This document shows positions 11,200-20,397 of a stretch of DNA of 64,000 nt, one piece after another. Position 1 is the first letter of the stretch, and each line of letters opens with the position of its first letter. Origin of the DNA: an uncultured Candidatus Saccharibacteria bacterium (GTDB lineage: Bacteria; Patescibacteriota; Dojkabacteria; SC72). Under the pieces are notes generated by a model, which was not told the origin of the DNA, searched no databases, and worked only from the letters and a program-made list of their open reading frames with translations. The position numbers and the translations under genes are program-made. The stretch is taken from the NCBI GenBank assembly GCA_964625015.1, contig CAZUZI010000002.1, forward strand, positions 1,899 through 65,898, given 5' to 3'.

Positions 11200-11462
11200 A
11201 GGACAATTATTTATAGGTTATAAATTACATGCATGCACGCGTGGGGTATACAAACCATCTCTAGAAATGGTTTTCAAAGTACAGAATCACCCCATTAATA
11301 AAAGCAAAATTAACAACTTTGGCGAGTTTAGCATATTTGTGTAATATAGTCAAAGGTTTTTAACACCTTTCCGGCCGTGTATACTGTACATAGTATATTA
11401 CTGGAAATACTTTGTCAAAAAGTATATATTTCTCATATATATTAAATATATCATATACCACT

Positions 11463-13652
11463 ATGCCCCGCAGAAAAAAGAAACAAAATATAAATATAAA
11501 AAGCTCTGAAACAAAGATTTTCTTTGGCCTGATACTCTTTGTACTTGGGGCTGCACTTTTAATAGCTCCATTTGTAAACCAACAAGCTGAAATATTTGTA
11601 TATGTATCAGGTATATTAGGATGGCCATCCACACTCTGGGGAGTTGCACTCATATTAATATCTGTAAATTTACTAACAAAGAGAGGAGCAAAGAACTGGA
11701 CGAAACTAACAGGTGTTGCAATGCTTGCGCTTACATTAAATATATTCTTCACATTCTGGTTGCCGAAAGAGACATTAGAGAATGAAAGTAGTTTTGAAAA
11801 AGCTGGTGGTATTTTAGGAAAAGAACTACATTTAGCGCTGAACAATACATTCGGAGATATAATAGAGTTAGTAATCTTACTAATACTCTTAATAGTTGCA
11901 TTCTCCTTAATAACAGGAGTTAAACTAGAAGAAATAACGGCCTTCCTACAACAAATGTTTAGCAATATTAAACTTGGAAATCTCCAGGATAAATTACCAA
12001 CTGCTGGGGGAGAAAAATTAATAATTAGTGGACTAGATGATGATGAACCACGCTTACAGAATGCCAATGTACAAACAGATGATGAGATCTCAATTGTTTC
12101 AGAAGGACATGAACAAGATCCAAATATATCAGCAAGACCTAGATTGGAGACCTCAATAAAGCCAATAGTTGCAAATACTGAAGATAGTGGACCTACCCAA
12201 CCGAAATACACAAATTGGATATATCCAAAGATAGATAACCTACAGGAACCTCAGAAAGCCACACAGAATCAAGATGCATACAAGAGTGATTCACAAGTCA
12301 TAGAAAGGGTATTAAAGAACTTCGGTATTGCAGCGAAGGCGGTTCAGGTTGAAATTGGACCAACAGTTGTACGATATGCACTAAGCCTTGCAGCTGATAC
12401 AAGAGTTACAAAGGTAAAGAGTTTAGTAGACAACCTTGCAGTATCATTAATGATCAACAAAGAGTTAATTAGAATTGAAACCCCTATACCCGGAACATCC
12501 TTTATAGGTATAGAGATACCAAACAAGACACCTAACTTCGTATATGCGAAAGAGATGGCGAGAAAATTACTCTCTCAAGCAGACAAATATGAACTTCCAA
12601 TGATTTTAGGAAAGGATATTGCAGGACAATCTGTAATTAAAGATCTTGTAAATATTCCACACCTTTTAGTAGCTGGTGCTACTGGTACAGGTAAATCTGT
12701 TGGTTTAAATGCAATACTAGGTGGATTACTTCTAACAAAAACCCCAGATGAGCTTAAATTGATAATGATTGACCCGAAAAGAGTTGAGATGACTCCATAC
12801 AATGGTATTCCTCATCTGCTCATCCCTATCATCACAGATATGGAGTTAGTTGTAAATGCACTTAACTGGGCTATAGATAAAATGATGCAAAGGTATAGAT
12901 TACTTGAGCAGTTAAAAGTAAAGAAGATTACCGAATACAACAAAAAGATTGGGTATACAGCAATGCCATATATAGTAATTGTTGTAGATGAGATGGCAGA
13001 TTTAATGCTTGCTGCAGGAAAAGAGGTTGAACCAAAAATTCAAAGACTAGCACAAATGGGTAGAGCCGTAGGTATTCACCTAATACTAGCCACACAGAAA
13101 CCAGTTGTAGATGTAATAACGGGATTAATCAAATCTAATATCCCAGGAAGAATGGCATACGCCGTAGCCTCATCAATGGATTCAAGAGTAATACTTGATG
13201 AAACAGGAGCAGATAACTTACTAGGTAATGGAGATATGCTCTTCAAGGACCAGACCATGCCAAAATCTATCAGAATACAAGGCACATACATCTCTACAGA
13301 AGACACAGAGGATATCATTAATCAAATTAAGGAGCAGGTTGCAGAAGAAGAGCCAGTATACTCAGAGGAGCTCAAAGCAGCAGTAGAAAGACCTGTTGGA
13401 GTAGCAGGAGGAGCAAGTGGAGAAAGAGAACCAGAATTTAGAGTTGCACTAGAAGTAGTAATTGCAGAAGGCAAGGCTTCAGCATCCCTTCTTCAAAGAA
13501 GATTAAGGGTTGGATACAACAAAGCATCTAGATTAATAGAGCAGCTCGAAGAGGCTGGTGCTATTAGTGCAGGACAAGAGAATAGCTCAAAACCAAGAGA
13601 TGTACTTGTAAGCTCTGTTGAAGATATTTTAAAGGATGATTCAACACAATAG
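11463..13652 (+). CDS. ftsK: DNA translocase FtsK/SpoIIIE
   Basis: N-terminal TM helices, low-complexity linker, Walker A GATGTGKS, and a C-terminal gamma winged-helix domain (LLQRRLRVGYNKASRLIEQLEEAG). The ORF opens at 11412; the ATG at 11463 (MPRRKKK) is the more plausible start. Confidence 0.9.
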   Translation: MPRRKKKQNINIKSSETKIFFGLILFVLGAALLIAPFVNQQAEIFVYVSGILGWPSTLWGVALILISVNLLTKRGAKNWTKLTGVAMLALTLNIFFTFWLPKETLENESSFEKAGGILGKELHLALNNTFGDIIELVILLILLIVAFSLITGVKLEEITAFLQQMFSNIKLGNLQDKLPTAGGEKLIISGLDDDEPRLQNANVQTDDEISIVSEGHEQDPNISARPRLETSIKPIVANTEDSGPTQPKYTNWIYPKIDNLQEPQKATQNQDAYKSDSQVIERVLKNFGIAAKAVQVEIGPTVVRYALSLAADTRVTKVKSLVDNLAVSLMINKELIRIETPIPGTSFIGIEIPNKTPNFVYAKEMARKLLSQADKYELPMILGKDIAGQSVIKDLVNIPHLLVAGATGTGKSVGLNAILGGLLLTKTPDELKLIMIDPKRVEMTPYNGIPHLLIPIITDMELVVNALNWAIDKMMQRYRLLEQLKVKKITEYNKKIGYTAMPYIVIVVDEMADLMLAAGKEVEPKIQRLAQMGRAVGIHLILATQKPVVDVITGLIKSNIPGRMAYAVASSMDSRVILDETGADNLLGNGDMLFKDQTMPKSIRIQGTYISTEDTEDIINQIKEQVAEEEPVYSEELKAAVERPVGVAGGASGEREPEFRVALEVVIAEGKASASLLQRRLRVGYNKASRLIEQLEEAGAISAGQENSSKPRDVLVSSVEDILKDDSTQ

Positions 13653-13680
13653 TTGAAGAGTTTGATATACTCAACTAGCT

Positions 13681-14619
13681 ATGATTACAGCAGGTGAAGT
13701 ATTAAAAAGCAAGAGGGAATCTCTAGGTAAGAGCCTTACAACAGTATCTACAGATACAAAGATTCAGAAAAGATTCCTAGAATATATAGAGGAGAATGAA
13801 TATGACAAATTTGATTCAGAAATTTTTGCTTCAGGCTTTATAAAAATATATTCAAGATATCTTGGTCTTGATGTAGATAAACTTCTTGCCATATACAGAA
13901 GAGGTAATCTAAAAGAAGAGATAAAGAGTAACACAAAGGACAAGAAGAAAAAAAATATAAAAATAAATATCACTCCGCAGATTTTTGTAGTTGTATTACT
14001 TTCACTTTTCTTTCTATCTGTAATCGGGTATGTGGGATATCAGATATATCAATTTCAGAAACCACCACAATTAACAGTTCTCCAGCCAGAAGACGAATAC
14101 AAAACAGTAGAAAATACAGTTTTAATAAAAGGTAATACAGAGTCTTCATCTACCGTTGTTATTAATGGTGATCAAATAGAAGTTGATTCACTTGGATACT
14201 TCGAAAAGGAAATAAGACTGAACCAAGGTGTAAATACAATCACTATTACCTCAAAGAAGAATTCAAACAATCAATTAGAAACAACAAAAACAATAAAGGT
14301 CATATATGAGACCCAAATAAGTGAACCTACAACGCAAGAAGATGAAAAGGTATTAGAGTACAAATTAACACTCAAGACTCTTCAATCCGCATCATGGATA
14401 AAACTCGATATCGATGGAGAGAACAAGATTTCCGAAATAATAGAACCAAATATACAGAAAGAATATGTATTTACAAAGGATTTCACCTTAATAACTGGTA
14501 AAATAAATAGTACATATGCAGAAGTAAACGGAGAAAAGGTTGAAATTAAATCAAAACAGAATACAGGCGTAGGACAGGTTACCTGTACAGTATCCAGTAC
14601 AGGTCTCGAGTGCATATAA
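13681..14619 (+). CDS. RodZ-like cytoskeleton protein (HTH domain, TM helix, extracellular domain)
   Basis: N-terminal HTH and a GFIKIYSRYLGLD motif resembling the RodZ GF(L/I)R.YA..LGLD signature, followed by one TM helix. Confidence 0.55.
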   Translation: MITAGEVLKSKRESLGKSLTTVSTDTKIQKRFLEYIEENEYDKFDSEIFASGFIKIYSRYLGLDVDKLLAIYRRGNLKEEIKSNTKDKKKKNIKINITPQIFVVVLLSLFFLSVIGYVGYQIYQFQKPPQLTVLQPEDEYKTVENTVLIKGNTESSSTVVINGDQIEVDSLGYFEKEIRLNQGVNTITITSKKNSNNQLETTKTIKVIYETQISEPTTQEDEKVLEYKLTLKTLQSASWIKLDIDGENKISEIIEPNIQKEYVFTKDFTLITGKINSTYAEVNGEKVEIKSKQNTGVGQVTCTVSSTGLECI

Positions 14620-14648
14620 ATACAGTAAAACTGATATAATATGCATAT

Positions 14649-16373
14649 ATGGATTCAAATAGAGATCAAATAGAGGAGATAAAAGCACGATTAGATGTTG
14701 TGGATGTTGTTGGGAAGTATGTGCAATTAAAACAGGCTGGAAAGAACTTTCTTGGACTTTGCCCATTTCATACAGAAAAGACTCCCTCCTTTATCGTTAG
14801 CCCAGAGATACAAAGATACAAATGCTTTGGATGTGGAGAATCAGGAGATATCTTTAACTTTGTACAAAATATAGAGCATATTGATTTCCCTGAGACGTTA
14901 GAAAAGCTTGCAAAAGAAGCAGGTGTTTTACTAATTAAAAAGAATACGAATACTAAATATGAAAGATTGCAAGATATTAACAGAAAAGCCGCAATACATT
15001 TTTACAGAAACCTCTTAAACCCAATTAACAAGCAGGCGTTAGAATATGTAAAAGGCAGAGGTATTACAGATGAAAATATAAAAGCATTCGGTATAGGCTA
15101 TTCATCAGACAGTATTCCTCTTCTAAACTTTATACAAAAAGATAGTAAATATTCAAAAGAAGAGTTAATTGCTTCTGGTCTTTTTACACTTAAAGATGGA
15201 AGAGTAAAATCCAAGTTTTACAAGAGAGTTATGTTTCCAATACGATCTAGTTCTGGCAAGGTTATTGCCTTTACTGCAAGAATTTTACCTGGAAATGACT
15301 TTGGACCAAAATATATGAACTCTCCTGAAACAGAAATATATCATAAAAAAGATAATCTGTACGGACAGTATGAATCTAGACAAGAGATTCGTAAGAATGA
15401 TTTAGCAATAATTTGCGAGGGTACTACAGATGTCATAGCGGCACATCAAGCAGGTATAAAGAATATCGTTGCTCCACTTGGTACTTCTCTTACTAAGGAG
15501 CAATTAGAAAAAATTTCTAAACTAAGTAAAAATATTCTCTTCCTATTCGATAGCGACAACGCAGGACAACAAGCCCTTCAACGAGCTTTCTTCCTCTCTC
15601 AAGAGTTAAATCTAACTACATTTGCTGCGAATACGCTTCCGTTTAAGGATATTGATGAGATGGTTGCTAAAGATCCAAATGCCTTTGTCAATCTTATAGC
15701 GAACAGAGTGGATACATTCACCTACCTACTAATCGAACAGGTAAAAAACAGGGATTTGAGTAAGCTGCAAGAGTATCAAAAAACTATTGAGTGGATTGAA
15801 AAAGTTCTCAAAAACGTTGTATCAGAGCCCGAATACAAATTTTATGTGGAAAAAGCTCGTCAGATAGGGAGATTTGAGATCCGTGAAAAACGCATACCAG
15901 AGGGAAAAACTAACAAAATTAGGCCAAATTCGCCAACCCATCCCATAGCGCAACAAAAAGAGTCTTTGTATTTAACAACCCTTCTATATCAAGAAGAGAT
16001 AAAAATACCCAAAAACCATGAGCTAAAATTCTTTAGACAAGATGAGGATGTTTACAAAATACTCCAATATATACAAAGTGAAAAAAGTACAACAAGAACA
16101 AATATATTGGAACATTTCAAAGATAGTATTTTAAAGAATGTAATTGAGAATGCAATATTCACTTTCTCAGAACAAGAGAATACCCTAGATGATCTAGAAG
16201 ATATATATGTAAATATAAGGAGAGAGTATTTCGCTAGAAAAGAAAGAGAGTATAATATCAACATCGCGATAGCAGAAGAGAAAGGAGACCAAAAAGAGAG
16301 CGAAAAACTTTTAGCTGAATATCAAAACTTAACTAAAGAAAAACAAAGATATGAACAAAATAGCAAACTATGA
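14649..16373 (+). CDS. dnaG: DNA primase
   Basis: CHC2 zinc finger (CPFHTEKTPSF...CFGCGESGD) and a TOPRIM domain (AIICEGTTDVIAAHQAG). Confidence 0.92.
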   Translation: MDSNRDQIEEIKARLDVVDVVGKYVQLKQAGKNFLGLCPFHTEKTPSFIVSPEIQRYKCFGCGESGDIFNFVQNIEHIDFPETLEKLAKEAGVLLIKKNTNTKYERLQDINRKAAIHFYRNLLNPINKQALEYVKGRGITDENIKAFGIGYSSDSIPLLNFIQKDSKYSKEELIASGLFTLKDGRVKSKFYKRVMFPIRSSSGKVIAFTARILPGNDFGPKYMNSPETEIYHKKDNLYGQYESRQEIRKNDLAIICEGTTDVIAAHQAGIKNIVAPLGTSLTKEQLEKISKLSKNILFLFDSDNAGQQALQRAFFLSQELNLTTFAANTLPFKDIDEMVAKDPNAFVNLIANRVDTFTYLLIEQVKNRDLSKLQEYQKTIEWIEKVLKNVVSEPEYKFYVEKARQIGRFEIREKRIPEGKTNKIRPNSPTHPIAQQKESLYLTTLLYQEEIKIPKNHELKFFRQDEDVYKILQYIQSEKSTTRTNILEHFKDSILKNVIENAIFTFSEQENTLDDLEDIYVNIRREYFARKEREYNINIAIAEEKGDQKESEKLLAEYQNLTKEKQRYEQNSKL

Positions 16374-17274
16374 CACATTGAGCTATGACTACAGACAGTA
16401 TTGGAAAGATAGAGAGTACGAAAATAGTGCTGAAAAAATTGTATTAGAGAAACTTTTAAAAAACGAACATGGTAATTGGTTTATAGATATAGGTGGATCA
16501 TATGGTAGATTGACCCCCTCCTATTACGAGAAATATAATAACTGCATAATACTGGATTACTCCCTTAAGACATTACAAAACAACTACGAATATATTAAGA
16601 ACAACTTCCGAAATACAACATTAATAGCTGCAAATGCATACCATTTACCATTTAAAGACTCTACATTTGACGGAGGTTTAATGGTAAGAGTACTTCACCA
16701 CATAGAGAAACCTAACGAGTACTTTACGGAAGCGTATAGAGTATTCAGGAATCAAGCTATATATATACAGGAATATGCAAACAAAAAACATTTAAAAGCG
16801 ATATTTAAAGCGCTTTTTAAGCTGGATTTCTCAGTATTTAATAAAACCCCATATCAGCAACCAACGAAAGAAAACTATGAAGGAGCAAGAAAAGGTGCAT
16901 ATGTACCCTTCTTTAATTACCATCCAAAATGGATAAATGAAACTCTACAAAAAGAAGGATTTAAAATACTTTCAACAGTTGGATGCTCATTTTTCAGAAT
17001 AAATCTACTTAAAAAGATCTTTAATACCAATATATTAATATCACTTGAAATGATTGCTCAGTCATTCTTTTCTTGGTGTAATATATCTCCAAGCATATTT
17101 GTTAAAAGTTCTGTAGAGAAGAAAAACAGTACAGATGAGTATACAAAGCTAGAAGATATTCTAAGTTGCCCAAAGTGTAAAGATGAGCTCGATATAGACA
17201 GAAATAGTGCAGTATGTAAAAACTGCAAAGAGAAGTATGAAAAGAAAGAAAATATTTGGGATTTTAGAGTATAA
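16351..17274 (+). CDS. Class I SAM-dependent methyltransferase with a C-terminal Cys4 zinc ribbon (Trm112-like)
   Basis: Methyltransf_11-like core (IDIGGSYGRL..., LHHIEKP) and a CPKCK...CKNCK ribbon. Overlaps the dnaG 3' end by 23 nt. Confidence 0.7.
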   Translation: MNKIANYDTLSYDYRQYWKDREYENSAEKIVLEKLLKNEHGNWFIDIGGSYGRLTPSYYEKYNNCIILDYSLKTLQNNYEYIKNNFRNTTLIAANAYHLPFKDSTFDGGLMVRVLHHIEKPNEYFTEAYRVFRNQAIYIQEYANKKHLKAIFKALFKLDFSVFNKTPYQQPTKENYEGARKGAYVPFFNYHPKWINETLQKEGFKILSTVGCSFFRINLLKKIFNTNILISLEMIAQSFFSWCNISPSIFVKSSVEKKNSTDEYTKLEDILSCPKCKDELDIDRNSAVCKNCKEKYEKKENIWDFRV

Positions 17275-17994
17275 ATGAAAGCAAAAAAATCATTAGGTCA
17301 GAATTTTTTTATAAATGAGAATCTAAGTAGATATATCCTTGACAGGATTGATAATAATAATATTGATACAGTAGTAGAGATTGGTCCTGGCTTAGGATTC
17401 TTCACGAAAAAACTTATCGAAAGATTCAAAAATATCATTGTCATTGAAAAAGACTTTGAACTTGCACAAAATCTTCAGAGAGAATATCCACAAATTACTG
17501 TAATAAATGAAGATTTTCTCGAGATTGATCTAAAAGATATAACAAAGAAGGATGTAATATATTTTGGATCTCTGCCTTACAATGTGTCAAAACCAATAAT
17601 ACGAAAAATTGTTACAGATTCTTCTTTTGTACATAGCGGATACTTCATTGTTCAGAAAGAAGTTGCTGAAAAATATCTTTACAGGAAACCATATAACATA
17701 CTCTCTCTAACTACCAATATATATTCTAATGTAAAAAAAGAGTTTGATATTTCACCAGCATCATTCAGACCACAACCAAAAGTAACAAGTGCACTAATAT
17801 CATTTACTAAAAAGGAACGATACAAGATAGATAATAAAGAATTAGAGGAATTGATAAAGAGTGCTTTTAAACAACCAAGAAAGAGTTTAAGGAACAATCT
17901 TAAAAATACAAAATACAGGGACAGAATAGATGAGTATACAGATAGAAGACCTGCAGAACTCTCTCTCGAGGAGTATATATCATTACTAGAGTAA
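17275..17994 (+). CDS. rsmA: 16S rRNA (adenine1518/1519-N6)-dimethyltransferase RsmA/KsgA
   Basis: SLGQNFFIN motif, VVEIGPGLG SAM-binding motif, and a PYN motif. Confidence 0.9.
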   Translation: MKAKKSLGQNFFINENLSRYILDRIDNNNIDTVVEIGPGLGFFTKKLIERFKNIIVIEKDFELAQNLQREYPQITVINEDFLEIDLKDITKKDVIYFGSLPYNVSKPIIRKIVTDSSFVHSGYFIVQKEVAEKYLYRKPYNILSLTTNIYSNVKKEFDISPASFRPQPKVTSALISFTKKERYKIDNKELEELIKSAFKQPRKSLRNNLKNTKYRDRIDEYTDRRPAELSLEEYISLLE

Positions 17995-18033
17995 CATATC
18001 CTTTTCTCTACCAACAGATGATATAATCGACCA

Positions 18034-18492
18034 ATGAACAGAAAAAAGATCAAGGAGAAAAAGGAAAAACAGCTTGATTTTGGGCTTAAAAATCCTCCAC
18101 AAAATATATATTACAAATACAAAGATCAATATGAGCTATGGCTTTCTAAACTAGAAACTTACAAGTTTATGAAAGATATATTGATGTGGTTTATACTAGT
18201 AATAAGTATTGCGCTCATCATCACACAAGTTTATACAATACAATCTATAACTGTTCTACCAAGTACAATACCTGTGTTTAACTACTTCTTTACACTAACA
18301 TTAAGACTTGCAGATTCTAATTGGATTTACGTATATCCTGCATTAAGTAGTATCGTTTTAATAATAGGACTATTCTTTACAAATAAGTATTATCACACAG
18401 AAAGAGAGCTGTCTAGAATACTCTTAGTATCTATCCTACTTGTCACACTCTCTCTCTCCTTCATATTATTAAAAATAGTTTACACATTCTAA
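18034..18492 (+). CDS. Hypothetical membrane protein
   Basis: 152 aa, basic N-terminus followed by three predicted TM helices. Confidence 0.45.
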   Translation: MNRKKIKEKKEKQLDFGLKNPPQNIYYKYKDQYELWLSKLETYKFMKDILMWFILVISIALIITQVYTIQSITVLPSTIPVFNYFFTLTLRLADSNWIYVYPALSSIVLIIGLFFTNKYYHTERELSRILLVSILLVTLSLSFILLKIVYTF

Positions 18493-18495
18493 AAT

Positions 18496-19704
18496 ATGGA
18501 CAATTCAATACCAACAACACTTTTAGAAAAGTTACTAAGTATGAATACTTGGTCTACATCTACAGCATATGATAAATATCTTAGCTATTGGCCAATCTTT
18601 GTACTTGGTATTGTAATATCACTTTTAATAACACCAATTGCTGGATATATAGCTAATAAATTTAGACTTACATATAAACCAGGAAGTGGAAAAAATGGAA
18701 AAGATTTCGATAATCCAGATAAAGCAGTACATAAGGTTGAAACTCCAGCCCTTGGAGGACTATCCGTTACAATACCAATCTTAGTTGCAATCGCAATATT
18801 TTTTAGATTAGACCCAACGACAATACCAATACTTCTAGCATTAGGAATATTAGTAACTGGAAGTGTATTAGATGACATATTTACACTCTCAGCAAAAGTA
18901 CAACTAGGATATCAGATATTAGCAGCAAGTATAATTGCCATTTCCATACTAGATCTATCGAATGTAAGCTTCTTTGGGAATGATTTTTTCAATCTAACAA
19001 CATATACATGGAGTACACAGATACTCTCAATTCCACTCTCTTTTGCATTCCCAGGGGATTTAATATTAATTGCATGGATAATACTTTGTATTAACTCTGT
19101 AAAATGGGTAGGAGGCTCTCCTGGCTTAGTAGAATCATACTCCCTTGTAATATTTTTCTTACTCTTTATTATCTCTGTAAGAACATTTTCAATCTTCTCT
19201 TCTACAGCAAGTATCCTCATTGCAGGGACACTAATACCTCTTCTTTACTTTGCATACCCTTCTCCAAAGATTATGTCAGGCTCAAGTGGAAAGACAGTAT
19301 ATGGTTTTCTAATTAGTATCCTTGCACTCACCGCAGGTCTGAAATTCTCTGTAACTATCATGCTACTTGCTATCCCATTACTTGATGCAATCTTTGTTCT
19401 TGTATACAGAGCAATTAAATACAAGCCAAAGAATCCAATTGAATTAATGCGTATAAATGATACCTCTCATCTCCATCATAGACTCTTACAACTAAATCTC
19501 ACAGACAAGCAAATTTTACTAATTGAAACATCAATATCATTAGTTATAGGATCAATCGCAATATTAACTGCAGGAGCTATTAGATTTTTTGTAATAATAT
19601 TCGGAATTGCATTTGTACTTGCTTTCATCGTCTTTATCAACTACAGAGCGAACAAGAAAGATGACAGCAAGAAGGGTTCTCCAGAATCTAGATACTCTTA
19701 CTAA
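18496..19704 (+). CDS. Glycosyltransferase family 4 polyprenyl-phosphate phospho-sugar transferase (MraY/WecA/TagO family)
   Basis: Multi-TM protein with HKVETPALGGLSV (the MraY/WecA HxxTPxMGG-like motif), a DD motif and an HLHHR segment. Confidence 0.75.
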   Translation: MDNSIPTTLLEKLLSMNTWSTSTAYDKYLSYWPIFVLGIVISLLITPIAGYIANKFRLTYKPGSGKNGKDFDNPDKAVHKVETPALGGLSVTIPILVAIAIFFRLDPTTIPILLALGILVTGSVLDDIFTLSAKVQLGYQILAASIIAISILDLSNVSFFGNDFFNLTTYTWSTQILSIPLSFAFPGDLILIAWIILCINSVKWVGGSPGLVESYSLVIFFLLFIISVRTFSIFSSTASILIAGTLIPLLYFAYPSPKIMSGSSGKTVYGFLISILALTAGLKFSVTIMLLAIPLLDAIFVLVYRAIKYKPKNPIELMRINDTSHLHHRLLQLNLTDKQILLIETSISLVIGSIAILTAGAIRFFVIIFGIAFVLAFIVFINYRANKKDDSKKGSPESRYSY

Positions 19705-19743
19705 TCCTTTTGTAGACAAATACAGAGTGCTCTCATATAATGA

Positions 19744-20397
19744 ATGCATATGAAAAAATGGAAATCTGCCCTCATATTAATAGTCATTGTTCTCTTTTTG
19801 TCGATTATATTCTTCTTTGTTCAACCAGAAGATATACTCAAACAAATACCAATCATTAGGAACCTTTATCAAAATACAACATTAGAAATTACAACCCCAT
19901 ACGGTAGAGCAAAAGTATTGATAGATGGAAAAGAGTACGGAGAAACACCTTCAGATATACAAAGCCTTGTTGCAGGAGAGTATGACGTAGAGCTTCAGAG
20001 AGTATCCAATAAGGACAACTTCTATATATCTCATAAGTTTCCAGTTGTATTAACAAAAAATACAACAACTAGAATAAATATGGAAATAGGACCAGAAAAT
20101 GTATTACACGGCACAGTCCTTTACTACACAGAAGATAGTAACTCCATCTCCAACAAAGGAAAGATAACAATTACTGATAATGCAGTTAATACAAAAGTAT
20201 ATATGAACTCTGAGTTCTTAAAATCATCACCTATCACGAATTTGGAACTTAACGAAGGTGAATATGAGATCTTACTTCAAGCAGAAGGGTATGAAAATCT
20301 CGAATTACCAATCATTGTAAGGAATGGGTATATACTAAACGTTAAAGGATATTTAATGCCAATACCAGTAACTTTTGATAGTGCAAAAGATGAGTAA
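19744..20397 (+). CDS. PEGA-domain protein with an N-terminal membrane anchor
   Basis: Two PEGA-like repeats (AKVLIDGKEYGETP... and VYMNSEFLKSSPITNLELNEGEYEILLQAEGYE). Confidence 0.6.
   Translation: MHMKKWKSALILIVIVLFLSIIFFFVQPEDILKQIPIIRNLYQNTTLEITTPYGRAKVLIDGKEYGETPSDIQSLVAGEYDVELQRVSNKDNFYISHKFPVVLTKNTTTRINMEIGPENVLHGTVLYYTEDSNSISNKGKITITDNAVNTKVYMNSEFLKSSPITNLELNEGEYEILLQAEGYENLELPIIVRNGYILNVKGYLMPIPVTFDSAKDE

Noticed and set aside
11360-12211. 283-aa minus-strand ORF overlapping ftsK
   Set aside because: It is opposite to ftsK, which carries clear Walker and gamma-domain motifs, and its composition is Ser/Cys-rich and junk-like.
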